Assembly: GCA_013265495.1 (NCBI GenBank)
Contig: MU057887.1
Location: forward strand, 445,985 to 509,984
Source: Vicugna vicugna
Taxonomy: Eukaryota
Length of the DNA: 64,000 bases
Direction of reading: 5' to 3'
Shown: positions 1-11,599 of the stretch, piece after piece
Layout: every line of letters begins with the position of its first letter
Position numbering within the stretch: the first letter of the stretch is position 1
Position numbers and translations under genes: made by a program
Notes under the pieces: model-generated
Seen by the model: only the letters and a program-made list of their open reading frames with translations
Told to the model about the DNA's origin: nothing
Database searches by the model: none

Positions 1-561
1 CAGGCTGCGTTTCCAACCCCTGCAGATTTGAAGCCTGGCTTTTGTTCTCTCTGGCCCCTCAGCTTTCCCGAGGTTGAATCCTCACCTATAAAAACAGGAT
101 GGTGGGACCCACTTCCCCAGATGATCTGAGGGCCAGCCACTCACGACATCACTCTCCAAACACCTGGGGGCCAGGAGCCCCTCCTGGGGCACCAAGGCTG
201 CCCTCAGGAAGGTTACGTTCTGGATGAACACACAGACATCGAACATATGCCTCAAATAACCCCCAACGTGTCAGCCCCAGAAAGCTCCAGCAGAGCCTGG
301 CACACAGGCAGTCCAGCTGAGATGCCTGAGACACCCTCCGTACTCATCTCTCTGGGAGCCTGCAGCTCTGAGACTCAGTGTTTCTGGGCTGGATCAGCTG
401 CCCTTCCTCCAAGCTGTTCCAGTTTCACCAGACCAGCTGGAGGCCCTTTCCTAAGGGTGTCATTGGCCCCTTGTGCCTGGGGGTGAGCAGGCCCCAGGGT
501 GATATCCACCCAGCCTGAGCCCGTGGTCCTACCCTGCACCCCCAACACCATGGCCCATGGG

Positions 562-983
562 GGGCTGGAGGGTGGCCCCCAAAGAGGTGTCTACCTCCTA
601 ATCCCCAGAATCTGTGAATATTCCCTTACAAGGCAAAGAGGATGAACGAAGATATGGCGAGAAGGAATTTCTACTGGGTTGTCTGAGTGGGCGGTAAACG
701 CAGCCACGTCTCTCAGAAGAGAGGCGCAGAGGTTGTTCAGAGACAGGGCTGGGGGGAGGCCATGTGACCGCAGAGGCAGAGACTGGAGCCCAGGAATACC
801 TGCAGCCCCCAGAGACGGGAAGAACAGGAGAAAGATTCTCCCCTGGAGCCTCCGAGGGAGCTCGGCCCTGCCCACACTTTGATTTCAGACTTTTGGTCCT
901 GGAACAGTAAGAGAGTACATTTCTGTTGCTTTAAGCCACCAGGTTGCAGTAATTTGTTATAGCAGCTGTAGGAAGCTAACACA
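562..983 (+). mobile_element. MaLR solo LTR (MLT1C/D-like)
   Basis: MLT1-type words: GGCCCCCAAAGA..CCTAATCCCCAGAATCTGTGAATAT near the 5' end and TTTCTGTTGCTTTAAGCCACC..GTAATTTGTTATAGCAGC..AGGAAGCTAACACA at the 3' end. Subfamily from recall. Confidence 0.8.
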
Positions 984-1065
984 CCCACCTTGCAAATGGG
1001 CTAGTAGGAGTCCCCACAGCCAGGATCGTGGCCAGGACCGGATGCACGGCATAGACTTCTTTGGA

Positions 1066-1656
1066 CACACATATACCACAGCTTCTTTGTCCAGTCATCT
1101 GTCAGTGGACTTTTAGGTTGTTTCCATGTCTTGGCTACTGTAAATAGTGCTGCCATGCATACAACGGAATACTTACTACTCAGCCGTAAAAAAGAATAAA
1201 ATAATGCCGTTTGCTGCAACATGGATGGACCTGCAGATTGTCATTCTAAGTCAAGTCAGAGAGAGAAAGACAAACACCATTATCACTCATATGTGGAATC
1301 TAAAAAAAGACACCAATGAACTTATTTACAGAACAGAAACAGACTCACAGACAGAGAAAACAAACTTATCATTACCGAGGGGGAAAGAGGGTGGGAGGGG
1401 ATAAACTGGGAGTTCGATAAATTTGCAGGTACTAACTAATATATATATGTATGTTTGTATATATAAATAAATAAAATAGATAAACAACAAGGTCCTAATG
1501 TATAGCACAGGGAACTGTACTCAATATCTTACAGTAACCTCTAATGAAAAAGAGTATGAAAAGGAATATATGTGTGTACATGTACGACTGAAACATGATG
1601 CTGTACACCAGAAATTAACATAACACTCTAAACTGACTATCCTCCAATTAAAAAAA
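1066..1656 (+). mobile_element. 5'-truncated L1 with 5' inversion
   Basis: 1066-~1157 is antisense L1 ORF2 C-terminus (minus strand AALFTVAKTWKQPK..DDWTKKLWY). ~1158-1656 is sense ORF2 end (YYSAVKKNKIMPFAATWMDL), 3'UTR and A-tail. TSD TTCTTTGGA at 1057-1065 and 1657-1665. Confidence 0.85.
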
Positions 1657-1804
1657 TTCTTTGGAATAACACATACCTACCACATAGTAGGGGCTAAATA
1701 CAGGAGTCTTCTCTCCTGACCACCTTGGCCACCAGCTTGGAGGGCAAACCAAGGTCTGAGCAGGGCCGACCACAGGGACAGAGCAGGTGAGCTGCGACTG
1801 ATTT

Positions 1805-2255
1805 TGCTACCAACCTGGGTTCTGGACGCTAATCAATAGAAATGGGTAAGATGCTAGAGTAGGAACTCAGGCAAGGCTTTACTGGGACGTGCAGCACGAG
1901 GGAGCCAAACAAGTAACAGGTGCCCTGCTTGCTCCCTGACTGGAGGGGGGAGGGGGCCGTGAGCTGGTCCCATAAATTGGGCGGGCAGGGGGCGCGGCTT
2001 GGGTGGTCTGCCCACCTGCTCGGTGGCGCCGTGTGCAGGGATCGTGCGTGGTACCCTGTGCTTGCTCCCGACACTTCAGAAGTGGCAGTTGGGTTTTGAT
2101 CTTTTCGTATCTTTGGCTCATAATTTGCCCCAGCTGCGCACACATATGTGCAGTCATTTTCATTCCCATAGAGTTTCTCCGTATTCTGTTGCTGGAGGAG
2201 AGTTTGTCCAGGTGCCAACACTGCTGTAAAGGGTCCCAGGTCCCAGCCTGTCTCA
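1805..2255 (-). mobile_element. ERV1-class solo LTR
   Basis: Minus strand starts TGAGACAGGCTGGGACCTGGGACCC and ends CCCAGGTTGGTAGCA (TG...CA). AGTAAA polyA-like signal near 1878-1883. 4-bp flanks ATTT/GTTT. Confidence 0.7.
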
Positions 2256-2855
2256 GTTTTACCCTCAGAAGCGTCCCCTGCTCACAGTGACAGCAGGTCC
2301 AGTGACTGCCGCTGACTCGGCCCAGGCCCTGCACTAAAAGCTTTCTACTCATCACTCTTTCAACAGTGTCTTCTGAGTTCCTTTTTCACTTGAGGCATGG
2401 TCCTGGCTCCGGAACTTAGCAGGGAGCTCCCTGAAAACGGTTTCAGCTGCCTGGGGGGAGAGTTTTCTGACAGCATCTAGGCAGCGCCCAGGAGGCTGAG
2501 AGCACACAGGATGGGGGTCAGGAGGGGTCCCTGCAGGAGGGACATTTAGACTTAGCCCATGAGAGACAAGGAGGAGCTGGCCAGGCGAAGGGGCAGGTGT
2601 GAGCTGCCCAGGTAGAGAGGGCGGCAGACGCCTGAGCTCCAGACCCAGCCTGTGTGTGTGGAGCTCAGGACTCGAGGCCAGAGCTGTGCTCAGGGGCGTC
2701 CAGGAGGGGCACCCAGGGTGGCAGGGCCCACGCGTGTCGGGCTTAGAGGGCCAAGGAAGGCTTCTGGACTTCCTCCTGAGACAAACAAGAAGTCATTGAA
2801 ATATTTCAAACCAAACAATGGAATCACCAGCTTTAATGTTTAAAAATCTCTCTGC

Positions 2856-3250
2856 ACAATGAGCTAGCACTTCACACCCACCAGGGTGGCTGTAATAAAA
2901 AAAAAATCAGTAACAAGTATTGGTGAGGGTGTGGAGAAATCAAACCCTCAGACAGTGCTGGGGGGGTGTCAAATGGGGAAGCCACTTTGGAAAACAGTCT
3001 GACAGTTTCTCAGAAAGTTAAACACAGAGTTCCCACATGACCCAGCAATTCCACCCCTAAATATATGCCCAAGAGCAATGGACACAGTGTCCAGTGTCCA
3101 CACAAAAACCTGCACGTGAGTAGTCACAGCAGCAGCAGTTGTAAGAGCCAAAAAAGTAGAAACAACCCAAATGTCCACCAAGAGATGAATGGATACAGAA
3201 AATGTGATCTAGCCATATGATGGAATATTACTCAGGCATAAAAAGGAATC
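2856..3250 (+). mobile_element. Old L1 (L1MB-like) ORF2 3' fragment
   Basis: CACTTCACACCCACCAGGGTGGCT..CCACTTTGGAAAACAGTCTGACAGTTTCT..GACCCAGCAATTCCAC..ACAACCCAAATGTCCA..GGAATATTACTCAG are L1 ORF2-end motifs. Confidence 0.8.
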
Positions 3251-4904
3251 CATGAGGGAGAGATTATGATCGTTTTCAAATAAGGACACAGCTCAGAGGC
3301 ACCGTTGACTTGCTCAAGGCCACAGAGACTGACGGCAAGTCCAGGGGCTTAACCTGCATGCCCCGTGGGGAACTGTCCAGGGAGGCACCCCAGGAAATTC
3401 ACAGTCATGTGACTTAGCTTATCATGCCTTTTAGGGTGGTGGCCATTAGGAGGCTGGTTAGGACGTGAACATGAAATACAGAACTCATCTGAGAGCTGAG
3501 GTTGCTGGCAGGGTGTTCAGATTTGGGCACCGGTACCCAAAGGGCAGCATCAAAAAAGTCCAAATCGGAACTGCTCTGTGTCTGAGCTGGGAGAGGCAGA
3601 GAATGGGCCAGGGTGCCTGCCCATGTGTATATGGAAATAGAGGCAGGAATGGGGCAAGAACATGGGGTTCTGACACGACTGCTGGGGCCGCACCCAGCTC
3701 TTCCCCCCAGGCCTTGGTGTCCCCACCGGACCACATGGAGGTGGACCTGGATGACCAGGGAGCCCCCTTCCAGCTGGCCAGGTGGAACCAGGGATAAATG
3801 GGGTTGGAAGGCGGGTAAGCAGCAGTCAGATCAGATAGAGGCCTGGAGTCCAGGCGCTCAGTGCCCAGCTGTTCCCCAGGGACTGGGGATGCCCCATCCC
3901 TTCCCCTCCATCCATAGCCCCTGCTCCCCCAGAGCCCTGAAATACACACTCAGCACAGCAGAGCTCGCACAGAGCTGGCAGCCTGGGGTGCAGGTTCAAG
4001 CTCTGGCAGGAGGCTTGGGAAGAGTCACTGCAACCAGTAACCCCTGTTTTCTCCTCTGTGAAGTAGAGGGGGTGCTGCCAGCCACCTCCCCAAGCTGCTG
4101 AGGGATGAAGGGAAGTGATGGAGGGGGAAGTGCTTGGGAGTTGGGCGCCCCCACCCCCCACTGTCATCCTCCAAGCTCTGACCCACAGGGTTGGCCAGGG
4201 CAAGGGGCCAGTGGGGAGTGACTGGGCCACCTGTGGCCCACGTGACAGAGGGAGAGCAATTCTGAGCCGTCACAAGCTTTTAGGGCCGAGAGGACCAGGG
4301 CCCCCCCATGCCTGCCAGCCTCCAGATCTCACAGATAAGGAGAGATTAATGTCTAGTCGGGGCTTCATTCCAGAGATGGACAAACCAGTTTGCCCCTGCT
4401 CAACCAGAGAAACCTCCCCCTCCCCCAAGGAGGGGAGTCACCGGAGCACCCCTGACCCTCCTCTGCCTCACAGTAATGCCCTTTGGCCTTGACCCAGGGG
4501 GCTCCAAGAGCTTCTCCAGGACCTGCGGCTCTGATAGCCTTCAATCCCCTGTGCCCAGCAAGGGACTGGACAGCTGGCAGCCCTGGGGGTTGAGGGGATG
4601 TTAGTTACACTCAGGTCCTAAATCAGGACATCCCTGCCCCTACCTCCCTGCCCCCACTCAGATGTCACAGGGTGGGAGAAGCGGTCACTCGCTCCACAAA
4701 CTCTCCGAAGCCCAGGGATGGGTCCCTCATCAGAGAACTGGCCTCATGGATCTCAAAGAGGAAAGCGTGAGGCGTGGGAAGAGTCTGTCTGCTTCTCTGA
4801 GTGGCTGAGCGGCTTGGCCAGGTTACTCTCTGGGCTCCAGACCCTCAGCTGAATTAGAAGGTCGAGCACCCACTCGTCCTCCAAACATACTCTTCCCGCA
4901 ACCT

Positions 4905-5060
4905 TCCCCATTCACTTAAGGGCAACTCCATTCTTCCAGCTCCTCGGGCCAGAACTCGGGGCCACCCCTGATTCCCCTTTCCCACACCCTACATCCAATC
5001 CATCAGCAACATCCCGGTGGCTCAGCCTTCCCAAAACATCCACAGTGTGAACACGCCTCC
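4905..5060 (+). mobile_element. L2 fragment
   Basis: GGCAACTCCATTCTTCCAGCT..CCCTACATCCAATCCATCAGCAA resembles the L2 3' region. Confidence 0.55.
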
Positions 5061-5954
5061 TGCCTCCACTAATGCCCAAAGGGTGTCTGATGTGAACCAA
5101 GATGAACTTGGCACTTTGAAAGAGCCTCCTCTCTCCTACTCATATTAATTTAAAAGTTCTTTCACTTACTCATTCATCAAACACTGATGGGCCTGTGCCC
5201 TGTGCAGGGCACCAAAGAAGATCCTATCACGGCCAGAGAGGGGCTCTTATTCTGGGGCTCAAGGGAGCAAGACACAACTCTGGCATGATCTCACAGCTAC
5301 ACATGTCATGTACAGAGAGCCACGAAGAAAGACTTCCTGGAGGAGGAGGGATGTGGGCCAGGCCTTGGAGGACAAGGGGCTTCCATGAAGGACTGCAGAG
5401 CACAGGCACCCCATGTGGTGGGCACAGCATGTACAAAAACAGCCTTTGAGCAGCAACCTGGGGGTAGCAGTCGAGCCAAGCCCAGTCCTGAGAAAGCATC
5501 ACTTGCTGATGTCAAAGTTGGGAAGCACCACAGAGGGCAAGAGAGAGCATGGTAGGTTTGGGAGCGTGCCAGTTGTCGGTGGGGCTGGTGCTGGGGGTGA
5601 GGGGAGAGAGGGAAGGCAGAGAGGTTGGCGGGTGCTAACCGACCACGCGGGGCCTTGGCTACCAGGGCGACTTTATCCCGAGGACGGTCAGGGCCCCTGA
5701 AGGGTTTTGCATGAGGCAGTAACCACCAGATTTGTACCCTAGAAAAGCGCCTCCAGTCTCTGGGCAAGAGGAGACCAAGCAGGAGGCAGATTAGGGTGTG
5801 GATGCTCGGGTCCCGTGACATGGGTTTAAATCTGCCTCCCTACTCCCCCCCTGGGGGGTGCTGGGCACCTCTGTCTGTCTAGCATAGCAGTGTCAGGCAC
5901 TGTGCGGGGTGCTGGCATTAAACATGAGGTTCCCGCATTCAGGGAGCTTAGAGG

Positions 5955-6115
5955 CAACCTCTGAGCCTCAGCTTCCTTATTCGTAAAATGGAGGTAATAA
6001 TTGTACCTGCCCTCCAGACTGGATGAGGTAAATGAGTTAATGTGTGTAAAACGCTCATCATAGTCCCCGACACATGTGGGCAATTGTTAACAGTTACTAG
6101 CAAACTATCATGTTA
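5955..6115 (+). mobile_element. MIR SINE
   Basis: MIR core CTCTGAGCCTCAGCTTCCTTATTCGTAAAATGGAGGTAATAATTGTACCTGCC..GAGGTAAATGAGTTAATGTGTGTAAAACGCT. Many other MIR fragments are present but not listed individually. Confidence 0.75.
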
Positions 6116-6156
6116 TTAGTTATTAGCAAGAAGACACAGCAGAGTCAAGTGTGTAT

Positions 6157-6524
6157 GTGATGGGTGAGCTGTGTCTCTGATATGCTGGAGTCCTAACCCC
6201 AGACGCCTCAGAATGTGACTGCGCTTGGAGACGGGGCCTTTAAAGAGGTGATTAGGTTAAATGAGGTCATCAGCTTGGGCCCTACCTAATCCAAGATGGC
6301 AGGTGTCCTTCTAAGAAGAGGAGATGAGGACACACACCACAGAGGAAAGACCGTGTGGGGACGCAGGGAGCAGACAGCCACCTGCAAGCCATCGAGAGAG
6401 GCTCAGAAGCAGCCAGCCCCGCTGACGCCTTGATCTCAGACTTCCAGCCTCCAGAATTTCTGCAGTGTAAGTCCCCTCCGCCATCTGTAGTGTCTGTTCC
6501 AGCAGCCCTAGCAGAGTCGTACCA
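6157..6524 (+). mobile_element. MaLR solo LTR (MLT1A/B-like)
   Basis: GTCCTAACCCC..CAGAATGTGACT..GGGCCTTTAAAGAGGTGATTAGGTTAAATGAGGTCAT..CCTTGATCTCAGACTTCCAGCCTCCAGAA. Confidence 0.8.
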
Positions 6525-7140
6525 TGTGTCAGGCAGCGGCAGCAGGACCAGAAAGGAAGGGATGGATCTGAGTCACCTGGGAGGCTGGCGTGCCCAGCAC
6601 ACAGTGGGCCCTCAGTAAATGCTTGTACAGTAAGGTTGGGTTCTGCGTGAGCGGGGACTGAGACGGAGGCCTTCTGTGGCCTGGAGAAGGCAGGACAAGC
6701 CTGACGGGGCCAGGCAGAGGGCGATGGCCTGGAGGCTCTAACCCCCGACACAGCCCAGCACCCCCAGTAATTTCACTGCAAGACCGACCGACCGCAATTC
6801 ACGCCTCTGCTCTGTGGGGGACACTTCCCGTACCCTGAGTTAACTGAAAAAGAAACTAAGGCTTTGAAGACAGAACCAGAGTCAAGGCCCTTCAGAGCCC
6901 CGTGGGATGCTCTGCAGGACAGGTGGCTGCAGCTGGGGGCCCCTGAGAACCACTCGGAGCCGGTGGGAGGTGGGTGGGCTCCCAGAGGCTCTGGTTTGGG
7001 GTTTCTTTGCTCGCATTTTGTTTTGTTTAATTTTTTTCACTATGTATGCTTCGTTTTGGAAATTTCTATTAGTGTGACTTAAAGTTCACCAATATTTTCT
7101 TTGGAAATGTCTAATCTGCCATTAATCTATCCAGTGCATT

Positions 7141-7412
7141 TTTTTTTTGAAGTACAGTCAGTTTACAGCATTGTGTCAATTTCTGGAGCACAGCACAACG
7201 GTTCAGTCATACGTATGCATACATATATTTATTTTCACATTCTTTTTCATTAAAGGTTATTAGAAAAAATTGAATATAGTTCCCTGTGCTATACAGTATG
7301 AACTTGTTGTTTATCTATTTTACATATAGTAGTTAGTGTCTCCAAATCTTGAAATCTCAATTTATCCCTTCCCATCCCTTCCCTTCCTGGTAACCGTAAG
7401 TTTGCTTTCTAT
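7141..7412 (-). mobile_element. L1 3'UTR fragment (artiodactyl-type)
   Basis: Poly-T followed by GAAGTACAGTCAGTTTACA..TTGAATATAGTTCCCTGTGCTATACAGTA; same family as the 1066-1656 and 37087-37909 copies. Confidence 0.75.
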
Positions 7413-7825
7413 CATGTCATTTTGAAGTGACTGAACCTCAGCACATTGAGAAGCCTGGCTTGCAGGACATCTCGGACTTCGCCCACACCGAGGGCAAGTG
7501 CTCGCAGTGGGGAGGATGGCCTCTCCCCCTGCCCCCAACCCCTCTGACTTCTGAAGAAGAGAGTCGTGGAAACCGGCTCAGGCCCCTCTGACCCTTGGAG
7601 AAACATTTCTGGGTCAAGAATTTCCAACCCATAAATCCCCCAAGTTTCAAATTCAAAGGAGGCCTGTGCAGGGCTGGGTTTGCACAACCTTTCACATCAC
7701 ACAGCTTCCTGCTCCGTGGCATCCGGCAAGCATGCATTCTGGGCCAGGGTTCAGAGAGATGGGCTGAGATACATGATTTAAAGTCACATGGAACTAACAT
7801 GGTGGTGTAGACAAGTATACTTTAA

Positions 7826-8218
7826 AATCAAACAAACTCGTAGAAAAAGATCAGATTTGTGGTTACCACAAGTGGGGAGTGGGGAGGGAGGACCTGAATG
7901 AAAGTGGTCAAAAGCTATAAACTTCCAGTTATAAGACAAATAAGTACGAGGGATGTAATGTACAGCAGGCTAAACGTAATGAGCATTGCTGTACGTTACA
8001 TACGAACGTCGTCAAGAGAATAAATCCTGAGTTCTCATCACAAGAAAAAAACCATTTTTCTATTTCTTTAATTTTTGTATCTAAATGAGATGATGGATGT
8101 TCACCAGACCTATTGTGATCATCACTTCATGATGTACGCCAATCAAATTATTATGCTGTACACAGTAAGCGTATACAGTGCTGGATGTCAATTATATCTC
8201 AATAAAGCTGGAAGGAAA
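7826..8218 (+). mobile_element. L1MA/MB-type 3' end
   Basis: GTGGTTACCA..AAACTTCCAGTTATAAGA..GTTCTCATCACAAG..GTCAATTATATCTCAATAAAGCTGG. Confidence 0.75.
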
Positions 8219-8959
8219 AATGATAAAATCAGATGGAAGCCTCAGGGCCCTGGAATTTGCCTAATCAAAAAAAATTTTTGGAATGTCCACATGGTGTGTT
8301 TGGACTGCAGCAGGGGGTGGTGTCAGGTGTCAGGGCCTCTTTGTCACCCCAGTTTCCCTCCGTGGACACCAGCGTGGGTGTCTCCCAGGTGAATCTGCCA
8401 CCACGACTCATCTGTCCTGCACTTTTCCCCTCTTCAGAATCTGCCAAATAAAAGTCAGCATTCTTGAAGTGGAAACTTGTTTATAAATCTAAGACTTTTT
8501 TTTTACAGAACATTTTTGGGCTGTAGCAGAGTATTATTTTAACATTTCCTCTCAAATGTTTTTTCCACATTTGGGCAAGGCAGGAGACCGAGGAATTTTT
8601 GTTTGTTTTTTCAGAAGATACAGCAGTGTTTGGAGAAGACAATGAGTTCCTGAGCTTTCTCTCTCTCACGGGGGATCCCAGGCTGAGCCTTCAAGATCCA
8701 CTCTGCTGGCCTCTGCCAGTCAAACTCTGTGTTCACACAAAATTGCTGGACGAGAAAAGTTAGTCCATAAAAATTCCTGCAGGAAAACCCCACCCCTTGC
8801 TTATCTCGGGGCATCTCTGTTCCCTGGAGATAAGGGTCTGTCCTTCCACTCCTGGCATGTCAGAGCTGAGAGGCCATCAAACCTCCTCCCCTGTTTACAG
8901 AGGGGAAACTGAGGCCCCTGGAGAGGAACAGTTCATTTTGGCTGAGCATAGAATCCTTT

Positions 8960-10745
8960 TCTCCCAACGTTTTTCCTTTGAAAAATGTCAAATCTATAGA
9001 AACATTGCAAGACGAGTACAATGACTCTCCATACTTGCCAGCTGTTAACATGATGCTACATTTGCTTTGTCTCTTGCTTTCTCTTTCTCTCCTTAAATAC
9101 GTGCGTGATTTCCGGATATCGCGACACCTCACCCACAATAGTCCAACACATGTGTCTTTCTACAGAGCCACAACACGGCGGTCACATTTGGGAATTTTAA
9201 TGTCTAATCTACATGATTACCCAATACACATTCTGTAATTCAAGTTTCTCTCATTGTCATACGAACTACTGTAGTGTTCATTACAGCTTCTTCTTTTTAA
9301 CCCAAGAATTCACCAAGGATGACAGTTGAGTTGTTACGTCTTCTTCAGTCTCCCATAATTCTCTCCTATTTTGTTGTTTTGTTTTTGCTTTTGCCTTTTA
9401 TGGCGTGAAAATTCTTGCACATCCAGGCCAGCTGGTTGGCAGAAAGCCCCTCAGTTTGGATGTGTCTGATTGTTTCCTGTTGATTAGGTTCAGGTTAGAC
9501 TTCCGGGCCAGGAGCACTCCATAGATGATGTGAGCCCTTCCCAGAGCCACGACACCCGGAAGCGCACGAGGTCCGTCCATCCCCTGACTGGTGGCATTGG
9601 GTTTGATGATGTCATTAAGTTGGTGTCCCCAGATTTCTGCGTATCTTGTTTCCTAAAAAGATTTCACCCTATGATTTTAACATCTTTTGAGATGATTCTT
9701 TCTTGAACCAGTTATTACCAGGATGGTTGTAAAATGTGACTTTGGTTTTGTCATTCCTTCTACATTTATCAGTTGTTCTTTTTTTAATTAATTTTTTTCC
9801 TTCCAGTTTTATTGAGATAGAATTGTCATGTAGCCCTGTATCCATTTTCTGAGGGGGGGAGGTCATTGGGTTTTTATATATGTATGTATGTATGTATGTA
9901 TTTAATAGAGGTACTGGGGATTGAACCCAGGACCTTGTGCTTGCCAGACACGTGCTCTACCACTGAGCTCTACCCAGCCCCCCCCCAGTTGGTATTCTTC
10001 TTTAAAGAAGAATTTTCCCTTCTCTTTTAAAAATTTTTATATTAAAGTATCATTATTGACTTAAAGATTTGTATTTTATCCACTGGGCTGAATGGGTTAC
10101 TTTGATTATTTATTTTAATATTTTCTCAATCTGGCTGCGGGGAGCCCCTTCAAGCCCCTTCTGTGCTAATGCCTTTGACACATCCCCATCATTCTTTGAG
10201 CGCTTCTTTATTCTGGATTTTCCCTGTCCCATTCCTGGAGTCGCCATCTCTGCAGAGGCCCTGGTGCCATTTACTGGGAAGTAGGGTTTCGGGTCCAAGA
10301 GTTCTAACTGAGCTCTTGCAACTGGTGTCATTGCTTCTAGGCCCTCTCAGTAGACTGGGCTAGAGGGTTGTTTTGTTACTTCTTCATAACGATATTATTC
10401 ACTGAAAAGACTGCAGAGCCCTTCCTCCACTCCAAATCTCCCTCATGCTATGCTGAGAACCCAAGTTCTGACAGCACCAGTCTTAGGGTTGAAAGTCCCA
10501 AAGTTGCCTCCAAACTGCTCTGCCTCACCCACTCACCCCCCCCCCCACTGCCTCACTAGTGAGAACCAGGGTCTGTTCCATTTCTCTTTGTCCTTGGAGG
10601 ATTCTCCACCAAGGGAACACAGGCAGGCAAGCTGGATTCAAAGTCCCTCAGACAGTCCTTTTCTTCAAGTGGTTAAGTCATCAACATCACACGCAGGTTC
10701 ATTAGTTACTGTTGGGTTCCAATTTTAATTTTTCCCCATCCTTTT
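8960..10745 (-). mobile_element. Degenerate old L1 (L1MC-like) with younger insertions
   Basis: T-rich, L1M 3'-region-like text (TTTGGATGTGTCTGATTGTTTCCT..; TTCTTGAACCAGTTATTAC). Boundaries approximate. Confidence 0.45.
9853..9986 (-). mobile_element. tRNA-Ala-derived SINE (Vic-1-like)
   Basis: Reverse complement of the tRNA-like head (GAGGTACTGGGGATTGAACCCAGGACC..CTCTACCACTGAGCT) with a (TATG)n tail. Confidence 0.8.
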
Positions 10746-11099
10746 ACTTTTATTTCTTAACTGTAAATCCTAATATTTAAAGTGCCCTGGGAGATGAGCA
10801 AGGTTCCTGATGCTGGAGGGAACCATCTAGTCCAGATGAAGACCCTGTCACTATTTTCAAAATCCCCTCCTCCCCCCAGGAAGCAGGCCTTAAAACCCCA
10901 ATCCATCTTTTGAAACAGCCCTGGGCTGGGTGGCAGGACGCCAGCACTCCACCAGCCTCGGCGTTTCCAGGGAGCCCACTTGCAGCCCTGGCTGACCCCT
11001 GGCCTCCCTGGGCCATGGTCTTGCTCCTGTGAACTAGAAAATTCACACCAGAGATCTGCGTACAGCTCACAGATCCAGGACTTCAAGGTTTCCATGACA

Positions 11100-11547
11100 C
11101 CACTTTCCCCGTTAACCCGTTTCATCTTCGCAAGAGCCCAGTGATTGGTGCATACTAGGGTTTCCGTAAATAGAATTGCATAAAGAAATTAGCGCCCTCA
11201 CTTTACAGTATGGAAACTGACGCTCAAAGAGGGGATGGTTTGCCCCTAAGGAATCATTAGGCGAGAGACGCCGTGAAGGCTCCGTTCCAGCCTCGACACA
11301 CAGTAAGGGCTTTGGTCGGGGCTCTGGGAAAGTCCCGCGCGGACAGACTTGTGCCCTGGACGCCTCGCGCTCCCAGGGAGCCCGGGGCGGGGTGTATGCA
11401 AATATCCTGCGAGGAGGCCGAGGATTGGCTGGCTCAGGCAGGGGCGGGGCGCGCCGGGGCCCAGGGCCCGCAGGTGCGCGGAGCGGGAGAGGCGCGGTGC
11501 CCTCTCGCTGCCTGGACCACCCGCCCTGTCTCAGCTTCTCCCAGGCG
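11100..11547 (+). promoter_or_regulatory. UPK3A: UPK3A proximal promoter / small CpG-rich region
   Basis: GC boxes GGGGCGGGG at 11384-11392 and 11441-11449, octamer ATGCAAAT 11396-11403, inverted CCAAT at 11424-11428, directly upstream of the ATG at 11548. No TATA box seen. Confidence 0.65.
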
Positions 11548-11599
11548 ATGCCTCCGCTCTGGGTCCTGCTGGCCCTCGGCTGCCTGAGACTTGGCTCGA
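11548..11599 (+). CDS. UPK3A: UPK3A coding exon 1 (signal peptide)
   Basis: ATG at 11548, MPPLWVLLALGCLRLGS, donor GTAAGC at 11600. Confidence 0.93.

Noticed and set aside
1..11000. Possible additional gene upstream of UPK3A
   Set aside because: ORFs here map to LTR/L1/MIR repeats or GC-rich noise; no consistent exon chain or recognisable protein.
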